Of a stretch of DNA of 64,000 bases, positions 40,924-50,491 are shown piece by piece. A model generated the notes under the pieces. It was not told the origin of the DNA and ran no database searches. It saw only the letters and a list, made by a program, of their open reading frames with translations. Within the stretch, counting starts at the first letter, position 1. Each line of letters starts with the position of its first letter. This DNA is from Crocinitomicaceae bacterium (GTDB taxonomy: Bacteria; Bacteroidota; Bacteroidia; Flavobacteriales_D; Crocinitomicaceae): positions 18,042 through 82,041 of the forward strand of contig JANNWW010000074.1 in NCBI GenBank assembly GCA_031409255.1. Reading direction: 5' to 3'. Both the position numbers and the translations under genes were made by a program.

Positions 40924-41238
40924 CTAATTTGTTTTAAAAACATTCTTTTTAATAATATCTCCAGTTTTGTTTTCAATGTAAACAAAAATCCAACCAGCAG
41001 GAATATCACTCAAAGAATAACACCAGTTTGGGAGTGGGTTTAATTTGAGCACTTCGCCATTTAAATTAATCAAAGTCACACTTTTAATTTCATCCGAAGA
41101 TTCAATTACAAGTAAATCGCTCGTTGGATTAGGATAGCAACTAACCTTCCATAAATCAGTTAGTTCAGAGTTCAATTCTTCTTGTGCAGTTAGTTGAAAC
41201 GATAAAATCGCAACAACTAAAATTAATAATGCTTTCAT
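40924..41238 (-). CDS. Small T9SS cargo consisting almost only of a CTD
   Basis: Signal peptide, about 12-aa linker, then CYPNPTSD...IPAGWIFV...K.FK CTD. Confidence 0.7.
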   Translation of the reverse strand: MKALLILVVAILSFQLTAQEELNSELTDLWKVSCYPNPTSDLLVIESSDEIKSVTLINLNGEVLKLNPLPNWCYSLSDIPAGWIFVYIENKTGDIIKKNVFKTN

Positions 41239-41291
41239 TTTTTTTTGGTTTTTGGTTAAATCTATAACTAGAAGTTAGTTTCTTTGTTACA

Positions 41292-41648
41292 ATGAAAACA
41301 GTAAAAATTTCGGAACAAAGCGCAGATTTTTTTGATCGTGTATATGAAGTTGTAAAACTAATTCCTTCAGGAAGAGCAACTTCTTACGGTGCAATTGCGA
41401 ATTATTTGGGAGCGAAAAGATCGAGTAGAATGGTAGGTTGGGCAATGAATGCAGCGCATGGAGAACCCCAAATTCCGGCGCATAGAGTAGTAAATAGAAA
41501 CGGAATGTTAACTGGTAAAACACACTTTCAATCTCCTTCAATGATGGAAGATTTATTGAAAAATGAAGGAATAAAAGTGGAAGAAGATGTTATTGTAGAT
41601 TGGAAAAATGTTTTTTGGAATCCTACTCTTGAATTAGAATTCTTTTAA
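41292..41648 (+). CDS. MGMT-family alkyltransferase-like (ATL) protein
   Basis: IPSGRATSYG.IA, RMVGWAM, PAHRV (no catalytic Cys). Confidence 0.88.
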   Translation: MKTVKISEQSADFFDRVYEVVKLIPSGRATSYGAIANYLGAKRSSRMVGWAMNAAHGEPQIPAHRVVNRNGMLTGKTHFQSPSMMEDLLKNEGIKVEEDVIVDWKNVFWNPTLELEFF

Positions 41649-41923
41649 GGAAACTTTGTAATCAATCTTTTGTTCGGATCATTTTGTGCTAATTGAATAC
41701 GATAAGTTTTAATATCTGAATTAAAAACAGTTTCATTTCCAGATAAATGAGCACATTTTTTTAATTCTTGAACTAGTTCTTGTCTTTTTGTAGATTTCAA
41801 CGAAAGCATCATCTCTTTTCGAGCCAATTCTCTTCCATTTGTGACTTGTTTCTCATATTCAGATTGACAAGAAGCAAAAGTCATCAGTAGGATTAGTAGT
41901 ACAAAAAATTTCCTTTTCAACAT
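41645..41923 (-). CDS. Hypothetical lipoprotein
   Basis: Lipobox FASC; preceded by TAACTTTG on the minus strand (41928-41935). Confidence 0.65.
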   Translation of the reverse strand: MLKRKFFVLLILLMTFASCQSEYEKQVTNGRELARKEMMLSLKSTKRQELVQELKKCAHLSGNETVFNSDIKTYRIQLAQNDPNKRLITKFP

Positions 41924-42139
41924 ATCACAAAGTTATTCTATATGTTTGTTTTTAACAAAATATATGTTTTTTGAAAAACGATATATATTCATTAATATGC
42001 ATAGAATATTCAATGAGCGCAATTTGAGTGCTTTTTTCAACAGTTCAATAACTGTTTTATGTCATTTAAATAATTCGTGAATTAAGCATGAAAAAATATC
42101 TAGGTGTACTTTACTTCTAATTGATTATTTTTATACCGT

Positions 42140-43150
42140 ATGATTTTAATAACAGGGGCAACAGGTTTACTTGGTTCTCAAATAACACTTGATTTAATTA
42201 AAACAGGAAGAAATCTTCGCTTGTTTTATCATTCTAGTCCGTCGAAAGATAAGTTAATTCGTTATTTAACTCATTTTGGGGTAGATAATCAACTGATTCA
42301 ATCTCAATTAGATTGGTTTCAAGGAGATATTCGCTCGCTTCACGATGTAAAAGATGCGATTGTAGGGTGTGATGAAATTATTCATTGCGCGGCTTTGGTT
42401 TCTTTTGAAAAAAAACATTTCAACTTGCTTTTTCAAATTAACCGAGAAGGAACCGCTAACTGCGTTAATATTGCACTTAAACTTGGGGTGAAAAGAATGA
42501 TTTACATTTCATCTACCGCTGCTATTGGTTCAGATTCGCTTTTAAATGAACACATTAAACGCGAAACAAATGGTTGGAATGGAAATGAAGATGTATCTAA
42601 TTATTCACTTTCAAAATACAGCGCAGAAAAAGAAGTTTGGCGCGGAATTGAGGAAGGTTTGAATGCAGTAATCGTAAATCCAAGTGTGATTTTTGGAGCA
42701 GGCTCGTGGAACGATTCATCATTGAAAATTTTTAGATCAATAAAAAATGGCTTGAAATATTATACTCGAGGAGAAAATGCTTTTGTTGATTCGCGTGATG
42801 TATCTGAAATAGTTTCAATGCTTCTTCATTCAGATATTTCGGCAGAACGATTTTTAGTAACAGGAACGAATTCTTCTTTCAAAAATTTATTTGATTTAAT
42901 TTCAGAGAAATTGAAGGTGAAAAAAACCTACAAATTAGCCGGAACTTTTTTAACTTCTTTGGCTTGGCGACTAGACTCGTTTAAATCATTTTTCACATCA
43001 AAATCTCCAACAATTACAAAAGAATCTGCACGAAGTTCTCAATCTATACAACACTATTCTTCTGAAAAACTTTTAAAACAATTTCCTGATTTTCGATTCA
43101 GAGATTTAAAAGAAACGATCGAGTTTGCAGTTGAAAACCGTTTAGACTAG
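42140..43150 (+). CDS. NAD-dependent epimerase/dehydratase
   Basis: [31 protein letters not shown]. Confidence 0.9.
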   Translation: MILITGATGLLGSQITLDLIKTGRNLRLFYHSSPSKDKLIRYLTHFGVDNQLIQSQLDWFQGDIRSLHDVKDAIVGCDEIIHCAALVSFEKKHFNLLFQINREGTANCVNIALKLGVKRMIYISSTAAIGSDSLLNEHIKRETNGWNGNEDVSNYSLSKYSAEKEVWRGIEEGLNAVIVNPSVIFGAGSWNDSSLKIFRSIKNGLKYYTRGENAFVDSRDVSEIVSMLLHSDISAERFLVTGTNSSFKNLFDLISEKLKVKKTYKLAGTFLTSLAWRLDSFKSFFTSKSPTITKESARSSQSIQHYSSEKLLKQFPDFRFRDLKETIEFAVENRLD

Positions 43151-43741
43151 AGAAGAGTTTATTGTTTCAATATAGTTCAGGATCTTTTCACGACCAAATT
43201 TAGATTCACTCGAAGTTGTAAAAACCGGTGGAAGTGCTTCCCAAAGTTTCAACATTTCTTTTTTGTATGCAGCAAGATTTTTTTGAAGTACAGAACTCGA
43301 AATTTTATCGATTTTCGTAAAAATCATTGAGAAGGGCAAGCCGTTTTCGCCACACCAACCCATAAATTCGATGTCTATTTTTTGAGGTGGAATTCGAGAA
43401 TCAAGTAAAACAAAAATATTCACCAAAGATTCGCGCTTCGTTAAATATTCTGAAATAAATTTTTCCCAACTTATCCGATTCGCTTTAGATGTTTTGGCAT
43501 AACCATAGCCCGGCAAATCTACCAAATACCAATTGTCGTTAATTACAAAATGATTGATAAGTTGTGTTTTACCCGGAGTTCCAGATGTTTTGGCTAAATC
43601 TTTTCGCTCTGTGAGCATGTTAATTAATGAAGATTTACCTACGTTAGATCTACCAATAAATGCGTATTCAGGTTTTCCGTCTATTGGACATAAATTAATA
43701 TCGGTGTTTGAAACAACGAATAAAGCACTTTTAATATTCAT
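43142..43741 (-). CDS. yihA: Ribosome biogenesis GTPase YihA/YsxC/EngB
   Basis: [28 protein letters not shown]. Upstream TAACTTTG at 43755-43762 (-). Confidence 0.96.
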   Translation of the reverse strand: MNIKSALFVVSNTDINLCPIDGKPEYAFIGRSNVGKSSLINMLTERKDLAKTSGTPGKTQLINHFVINDNWYLVDLPGYGYAKTSKANRISWEKFISEYLTKRESLVNIFVLLDSRIPPQKIDIEFMGWCGENGLPFSMIFTKIDKISSSVLQKNLAAYKKEMLKLWEALPPVFTTSSESKFGREKILNYIETINSSLV

Positions 43742-43810
43742 CTACTTTTTTCTGCAAAGTTAATGGTCTTTACTTAGAAACAGCATCATTTTTTTTCACT
43801 TGGATTAATC

Positions 43811-44272
43811 TTGTTTTTAGTTTTTTTTAATAACCTTTTACCATTAATCACTTTTGGAGGGTTTTTCATGGTTCATCCAATTTATGAAGGTGATTTTTCG
43901 AATAATTCAAAAAGTTTTCTGTTTGAAACAAATGAATTCAAATCGAAAGATAAAAAGTTATACATCGTAGCAATCCTTGGTTGCCCATTTTGTATGGATG
44001 CTTTGCAAAGAATGGTGGCGATTCAGAAAAAGAATCAAAAGATAAAAATTGAATTTATTGTTTGTTCTTTAAATCATAAAAGCATTGATCTATACAAACG
44101 AATTGCACCAAAAGGAGTTGAATTTTCAGTTTCTCAAAATGAAAAGTTGATGAACGATGTGGCAGGAGGAACTTTTCCTACGTTTGTTTATTCTGATGGA
44201 AAATCTTTAAAGATACGGAAAAACGATTATTTTGGAGTAATTGCCTTGGATGAGATCGTTTCTGAATTTTGA
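43811..44272 (+). CDS. Membrane-anchored thioredoxin-like protein (CPFC); possibly 5'-disrupted
   Basis: GCPFC motif, FPTF cis-Pro loop. An upstream in-frame ATG (43763) is followed by TAG at 43775. Confidence 0.55.
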   Translation: MFLVFFNNLLPLITFGGFFMVHPIYEGDFSNNSKSFLFETNEFKSKDKKLYIVAILGCPFCMDALQRMVAIQKKNQKIKIEFIVCSLNHKSIDLYKRIAPKGVEFSVSQNEKLMNDVAGGTFPTFVYSDGKSLKIRKNDYFGVIALDEIVSEF

Positions 44273-44363
44273 ATTAATGAATTTTAGATCCGCCAACAAA
44301 TAAGAGTTCCTTGGGAGGCTCAATACACCAAAATTATTAGTACCCAAATAGTTCTTCTTTTTC

Positions 44364-44391
44364 ACAGATGTCTAGATATCTAGACATCTGT
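44364..44391. repeat. Perfect 28-bp palindrome
   Basis: ACAGATGTCTAGAT-ATCTAGACATCTGT is its own reverse complement. Confidence 0.95.
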
Positions 44392-44400
44392 CAAATTTCA

Positions 44401-44706
44401 CTAACCTAAAATCGTGTCGCTCAGATAATCTCTGGCTATTTTCAATGGTAGTTCATCTAAATACAACAAATAATGATGTGTCCCATATTCATATTTTACA
44501 ATGCCATGTTCTTTCAAAATATCTAAATGATATAAAATTGAAGTTCTTGATAGTTCCAAATTTTTTTCTAATTCTTTGGCGCGTATAAAACTTGATGAAC
44601 GAATATTTTCTATCATTTGTAGTCGTGCAGGATGAGAAATTGCCAAGTAAAGTTCCGAAACTTTGTTTTTTTCTTTGTTGAATTGAGTCATTTTTTTTGC
44701 GCCCAT
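44401..44706 (-). CDS. ArsR/SmtB-family HTH regulator
   Basis: AISHPARLQM, LSRTSILYHLDILKEHGIV. Confidence 0.8.
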   Translation of the reverse strand: MGAKKMTQFNKEKNKVSELYLAISHPARLQMIENIRSSSFIRAKELEKNLELSRTSILYHLDILKEHGIVKYEYGTHHYLLYLDELPLKIARDYLSDTILG

Positions 44707-44808
44707 AATTGCTGTTTTGAATCTAATATTTACTTTAAGTTAGTCAAAAAGTTGATTTTTAAAAAGTTTCAACTCATTTTTCTTCTGATGAATAACTATT
44801 TTTACAGA

Positions 44809-45492
44809 ATGGAGATTCCCATATTGTATGAAGACGATTATTGTTTTGTAGTTAACAAACCCGCCAACTTAATCGTTCATCATTCGTATTATGCACGCAA
44901 CATTCAAGAAACTTCTTTGACAGATTTAATTCGGGAACAAGGTTATGAAACCGCTTCGCCTGTTCACCGTTTAGATCGAAAAACAAGTGGATGTCTTCTA
45001 TTTGCCAAAAAAAACGAATTCGTTTCCAGTTTTCAACAACTTTTTGATTCCAACTTAATTGATAAAAAATACCATGCGCTCTTACGCGGATGGGTAGCTG
45101 AAAATGGCATTATTGATTCACCAGTTAAAAATGAACGCGGAAATTACAAAGACGCCTTAAGCCATTATGCGCTTATCGAAAAGCTGGAATTGCCCTTTGC
45201 CTTTTCAAAATATGAAACCCAGCGCTATTCTTTAATCGAATTAAGTCCTAAAACAGGGAGGCAACATCAATTGCGAATTCATTGCGCCAAAATCGGACAT
45301 CCAATTATCAATGATCCAAAATATGGCGACCGACACCACAATCATTTTTTTGAACAACAATTGGGAATAAATAAGTTGTATTTACATGCTTTTTCACTTT
45401 CATTTATTCATCCTTTTGAAACTAAAAATTGTTTAATTGAAACAGAATGTTTAGAAAGTTGGAAAGTACAACTTTTCAGTTTATCGACTTAA
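44809..45492 (+). CDS. RluA/TruC-family pseudouridine synthase
   Basis: VNKPANL, HRLDRKTSG, GRQHQLRIH, LYLHA. ATG 44809 preferred over 44632. Confidence 0.9.
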   Translation: MEIPILYEDDYCFVVNKPANLIVHHSYYARNIQETSLTDLIREQGYETASPVHRLDRKTSGCLLFAKKNEFVSSFQQLFDSNLIDKKYHALLRGWVAENGIIDSPVKNERGNYKDALSHYALIEKLELPFAFSKYETQRYSLIELSPKTGRQHQLRIHCAKIGHPIINDPKYGDRHHNHFFEQQLGINKLYLHAFSLSFIHPFETKNCLIETECLESWKVQLFSLST

Positions 45493-46482
45493 CTCCTTGT
45501 TCTTTTCAGATGGTTTTTTATTCAGTAAAACGAATTGAAAGATTCCATTCAAGTAGCCTAAACCATAACTCACATGAAGAATTGGAAAAGTATATACCAT
45601 TTTGGTTGAACTTCTGAAAGAAATGAAAAAATCCAATAATAAATATAGAATAAGTGGGGCTGAGTAAATTGCACCAATTAAGAGTGAAATCAAATAGGTG
45701 AATGGTAGAATTAAGAGATAGATAACAAAAAGTGGAGGAACGAGCTGTCGAAGTGTTGTAACTGCCTTATGTTTCTTGTTAACATAAACTTTCCAGTACC
45801 CATATTGAAAAAATTGTTTTGCAACATTTTTATAGCTCGCACGCACATAATATTTTAAATTGATATCCGCTTCAAACCAAATTTCACCCCCAGCATTTGT
45901 TAATCTGAAATTGAAATCATCGTCTTGGTTGCGAATCAATTCTTCATCAAAATAACCAATCTTTTCAAAAACCCACATGGGGTAAAGCGGGCTTGTAACT
46001 GTGTCTGTGAAACCTGACTTAGTGAGTGTTCTAAAGTTGCCTATTCCCATTCCAAAACTCGAACCCATTGCTTTCGAAATAACTTCACTCGTTTCATTCG
46101 AATATTCATTAATAATTTTCCCGCCAACACACCAAACAGATGCATCTTTTTGAAGAATGGCTAAACTTTTTGAAATATAATTGTTACTTATGATATGTCG
46201 TGCACCAACAATTTGAATGAAATCTGCTTTTGAATTTTGATGAATACCGAGGTTAAAAGCAAAAGGCGTTAATTTCTTTGTGTTGTCGATTAACTGTAAG
46301 CTATGAAATTCTTTACTTAAATTCAAAACAATTTCTCTTGTTGAATCATCAGACATTCCGTCTACAACGTATACATCAAAACGAATTTCAGAATCTATTT
46401 TAGATGCATAAATTGCCCGAATACATTCTTCGATGTACTTTTCTTCGTTTCTACAAGGTATAACAACTGAAATTAATTTCAT
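45481..46482 (-). CDS. Glycosyltransferase family 2 (ExoA-like)
   Basis: SVVIPCRNEE, VDGMSDD, FDEELIRNQDDDFNFR. Confidence 0.92.
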   Translation of the reverse strand: MKLISVVIPCRNEEKYIEECIRAIYASKIDSEIRFDVYVVDGMSDDSTREIVLNLSKEFHSLQLIDNTKKLTPFAFNLGIHQNSKADFIQIVGARHIISNNYISKSLAILQKDASVWCVGGKIINEYSNETSEVISKAMGSSFGMGIGNFRTLTKSGFTDTVTSPLYPMWVFEKIGYFDEELIRNQDDDFNFRLTNAGGEIWFEADINLKYYVRASYKNVAKQFFQYGYWKVYVNKKHKAVTTLRQLVPPLFVIYLLILPFTYLISLLIGAIYSAPLILYLLLDFFISFRSSTKMVYTFPILHVSYGLGYLNGIFQFVLLNKKPSEKNKELSR

Positions 46483-47543
46483 TTCGTAAAAGTAGTAAGG
46501 ATTTTAACAATTTGCTCTGCTGCATTTCCTGCACCAAAGTAACTTTTGCGCTCAATTGTTGGGTTGAAATTCGTAATTGCATCAATAATTTTCGTAGAAT
46601 CAGCTCCAACAATTACATTCCAGCCATTTTGAACGGTTTCCACCCATTCGGTTTCATCACGCATCGTAATACAAGGTTTTGCTAAGAAAAATGCTTCTTT
46701 TTGAACGCCACCCGAATCTGTTACGATTTTTTTACAAGCAGATTCCAAACGTACCATGTCTAAATAACCAACAGGTTCAATCACTCGCACATTTTCTCCT
46801 AATTGAATTCCATAATCTGAAATGAATTTTTGCGTTCGAGGGTGCAATGGCAAAATAATTTGCTCACCAGATTCACTCAAACCTTTGCAAATTGCTTTCA
46901 ATCGCACTGGATCATTCGTGTTTTCTGCTCGGTGAATTGTACAAAGCAAAAAGGAATTTTCCTCTAAATTCAGTTGCTTTAGAATCGTACTTTTCGCTTT
47001 TGCAATTTCAGTGAAATGTAGAATTCCATCATACATTACATCGCCTACCTGATGAACTCCCTTTCGAATTCCTTCTGAAATGAGATTATCTACAGCAGTT
47101 TGAGTTGGAACGAACAATAAATCAGAAATATGATCGGTTAAAATACGGTTTTGTTCTTCTGGCATTGCTTTGTTAAACGAACGCAAGCCCGCTTCCACAT
47201 GAATTACTGGAATCAATAATTTTGAAGCAGCCAAAGCGCCAGCAAGTGTTGAGTTTGTATCACCATAAACAAGTACAAAATCAGGTTTCTCTTCCAACAA
47301 TACCTTTTCAATTTCAGCTAACATTGCACCTGTCATTGCGCCATGTGAACCAGAACCCACATTTAAATGATATTTTGGCTTTGGAATCCCCAACTCATCA
47401 AAAAACACATCCGACATGTTTGCATCGTAATGCTGACCAGTGTGAACTAAAATTTCATTAAACTCTTTTGAAAATAATGCTGAAACTGCCGCCGCTTTTA
47501 TGAATTGCGGTCGCGCACCAAGTATTGTGATGATTTTTTTCAT
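46479..47543 (-). CDS. wecB: UDP-GlcNAc 2-epimerase (non-hydrolysing)
   Basis: GARPQFIK, HTGQHYD, HVEAGLRS, TDSGGVQKEA. Confidence 0.95.
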   Translation of the reverse strand: MKKIITILGARPQFIKAAAVSALFSKEFNEILVHTGQHYDANMSDVFFDELGIPKPKYHLNVGSGSHGAMTGAMLAEIEKVLLEEKPDFVLVYGDTNSTLAGALAASKLLIPVIHVEAGLRSFNKAMPEEQNRILTDHISDLLFVPTQTAVDNLISEGIRKGVHQVGDVMYDGILHFTEIAKAKSTILKQLNLEENSFLLCTIHRAENTNDPVRLKAICKGLSESGEQIILPLHPRTQKFISDYGIQLGENVRVIEPVGYLDMVRLESACKKIVTDSGGVQKEAFFLAKPCITMRDETEWVETVQNGWNVIVGADSTKIIDAITNFNPTIERKSYFGAGNAAEQIVKILTTFTK

Positions 47544-47708
47544 GAAGTAAAGTTAGTTATTATAAAGAATTTAGAAATATTTGTTCTTTTGGAAACATTA
47601 TCAAACATAAAAGGCAAATTAATAAATAATAACAACCAATTAGTAGAAATAAGCCACTTGTGCTTGTGCATGAAAGGTTTTAAATATATTTTTGAAAAAA
47701 TAATAATT

Positions 47709-50379
47709 ATGAAACTAACACATCTAATATACATGTCTACTTTGACATGTTTTGGTCAACATGTAAATTCACAAGTTGAACTTACTCTAATTCCCACAAA
47801 TATTAATGCTTTTGAAAAGCAAGAAAATGTTTATGGGTTAATTCACTTTTCTACATTACCTTCTGTTGAGGATTTAATATCAAAAAAAATTGACGTATTA
47901 AATTTTGTGAATAACACAACTTTATATGTGAGTTTTAATTCAAACACTAACTTCAAATCAATAGAAAACTTCGTTTCATTTGAAGAATTAAATCCTAAGT
48001 TCAAGTTGCAAAATTCAGTGCAGGAATATATCAATTCAGTTGATGAAGAATCTAAAACAGTCTTGTTATATTTGCCAAGTAATTTTCAAAAAAATGATGT
48101 TGATAGATTTTTGGAAATGAATAAGCTAACTTCTCTCCCAAATAAGTATTTGCCAATATTTGTTAGAGTTGTTAATCTATCTAAAGAAGGAATTATTAAG
48201 TTATCGAATAATGAATTGGTGTCATGGATTTCTGTTGCTCCAGATTACATTAAAGAAAATAAACCTTTTCATTTGTGACTTGGTGCAGATACTGAGTATG
48301 GACACATGGCTGAGTTTTCGTCAAATATTGAAGGTTCTGAAAAATACCTTGCTGCAACTCAGGGTTGGGAAGGTGCAGGTCAAAATTGTCATAACTTAAA
48401 TTATCATTTCAAAAATGGGACACCTGATATCACAGGGAATGATGAACGAATTGCTGTTCTAAATGCAATTAATACTTGGCAAAAGTATGTTTCTATTAAT
48501 TTCTATGAAATCAGTACAGCAGGTCAGCCTAATTGCATCGACATAAGTTGGGAGCCAATATCTCATGGTGATGGGAATAACTTTGGACCCAGTACTTTGG
48601 CGCATGCATATTACAATAATAATGGAGATATTCATTTCAATGAAACATATACTTGGTGTTTACAGTCGGCAACAGGAGGTACAGATTTATATTCTGTTGC
48701 ACTTCATGAATTGGGACACTCACTCGGGTTAAATCATTCTTCATTATCAACAGCAGTAATGTACGCTTCATATAACGGAGTACCAGTTACAGATTTATCT
48801 CAAGATGATATAGATGGAATTAGAAGTATTTATAAATATAGAAGTGCAGGAACGAATACTTGGGACAAAACGTTTGTAGGAAATGTTACAAAAGAAGGAT
48901 CAAATAAACAAATTGTAATGGTTAATACAGACTATGTTCAAGGTGCGATTAGAGTAGATGATTTAATTTCAGGTGCAAACCTTCATTGGTATTATCATTG
49001 TAATTTTCAAGGATGGATGGATAATACCGATAAAATGTTTCTTGCCGATGCAAATGGAGATGGAAAAAAAGACTTAATTCTTGTTAACACAGATTATGCT
49101 CAAGGTGCAATACGAGTTATTAACTTATCAAATGGATTAGATAAGTTGGATAAATTATAATGCCGTAACGCCAAACCTAAATGGGTGGATGGATGCAACT
49201 GATCAAATGTTTGTGGGAGATATTAATGGAGATAACTCTGAAGAATTAATTTTAGTAAATACAGACTATACTGGCGGTGCAATTAGAGCTGTTAATATGA
49301 TTACTGGATTAAGTGTTTCCTATTTTAATAATGGTGGCACACCAAGTTACAATGGTTGGATGGACGCAAGTGATAGGATGCTCATAGGTGATATGAATAA
49401 CGATAATAAGGTGGATTTGGTTTTGGTTAATACTTCATATACTGGTGGGGCAATTAGAACGGTAGATTTGAGTACAGGATTAAATTTAGGGTCAATTAAT
49501 CACGGGGGGGCTCCAAGCTTTAACGGGTGGATGGATGCCACTGATAAAATTGCATTAGCAGATGTTAATAATGATGGAAGTGATGAAGTTGTTTTAGTAA
49601 ATACTGGATATACTGGTGGTGCAATTCGTTCTGTTAATTCTATTACTGGTGCTAATGTTTCTTGGTTAAATCATGGTGGCTCACCAAATTATAATGGCTG
49701 GATGGACGTTTGCGATCGCTTATTTGCTGCTGATGCAAATAATGATGGCACTGAAGATTTGATTTTAGTTAATACTGACTATGCTGGTGGAGCAATTCGA
49801 GCAGTAAATATAATGAATGGCTCAAGTATTTCATGGTTAAATCACGGAACATATAGTGGATGGATGGATGGATCTGATAGAATGTACTGTGAAGATGTTA
49901 ATTCTAATGGAAGTGCAGAATTAATTTTAGTAAACACTGGATATACTGGTGGTGCAGTGCGTGCACTTTCACTTCTAAATGGGGTTAACCTATCACTCAC
50001 AAATCATACTGGGACATATAATGGATGGATGGATGGCACTAGTGTTGATCAAAATTGTTATAACTCTCCAATTTTTAAAATGAGTGGTTTAAATGATGAC
50101 GAAAACCCAAATTATACTACAGAGCAACTTGACAAACAAGAAGTTAGCGTATACCCTATACCTACAGCTAACGAACTAAAGCTATTAGTTAATAATTTAG
50201 AGAAGTCTAATTATTCATTTTTTATTACTGATTTACTTGGTAAGAATGTTTTTCAATTGACAAATTTGAATCAAGGTGTAAACACGATTGATGTCAGTTC
50301 AATAAAATCAGGTTTTTATTTTGTTAACATTGTTGATGGGGGAAAAATAAATAAAGTTAAAATTCAAATTAATAGATAA
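47709..50379 (+). pseudogene. Disrupted T9SS matrixin (M10) metalloprotease with propeptide and 7-repeat FG-GAP-like propeller
   Basis: In-frame TGA at 48276-48278 and a frameshift near 49140. HELGHSLGLNH plus Met-turn VMY, seven GWMD/GAIR repeats, C-terminal VYPIP CTD. Confidence 0.8.
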
Positions 50380-50397
50380 CTATTGAAAATTAGTTAC

Positions 50398-50429
50398 AAA
50401 GGGTTCTGTCTTAATTGCGGAACCCTTTT
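50398..50429 (+). terminator. Terminator after the metalloprotease gene
   Basis: AAAGGGTTCTG/CGGAACCCTTT stem. Confidence 0.7.
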
Positions 50430-50466
50430 ATATTTTAGAATAATAAAGAAACTATAATTTTGTTGG

Positions 50467-50474
50467 TATCTTTG
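50467..50474 (+). promoter_or_regulatory. -7 promoter element of the leg operon
   Basis: TATCTTTG 18 nt upstream of ATG 50492. Confidence 0.65.
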
Positions 50475-50491
50475 AGCTACAAATTATTTCA

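Noticed and set aside
41292-41648. MGMT lacking the catalytic Cys as a novelty
   Set aside because: PAHRV alkyltransferase-like proteins are an established family.
48276-48305. TGA readthrough as Sec or Trp in the metalloprotease gene
   Set aside because: TGA is an ordinary stop in other genes and tRNA-Trp has a CCA anticodon. The downstream hairpin (GTG..ATAC-TGA-GTAT..CAC) is too weak to call a SECIS, and the gene also has a frameshift.
47557-50452. ATAAAGAA on both sides of the metalloprotease gene as a target-site duplication
   Set aside because: An 8-bp AT-rich match is expected by chance here. No terminal inverted repeats or transposase were found.
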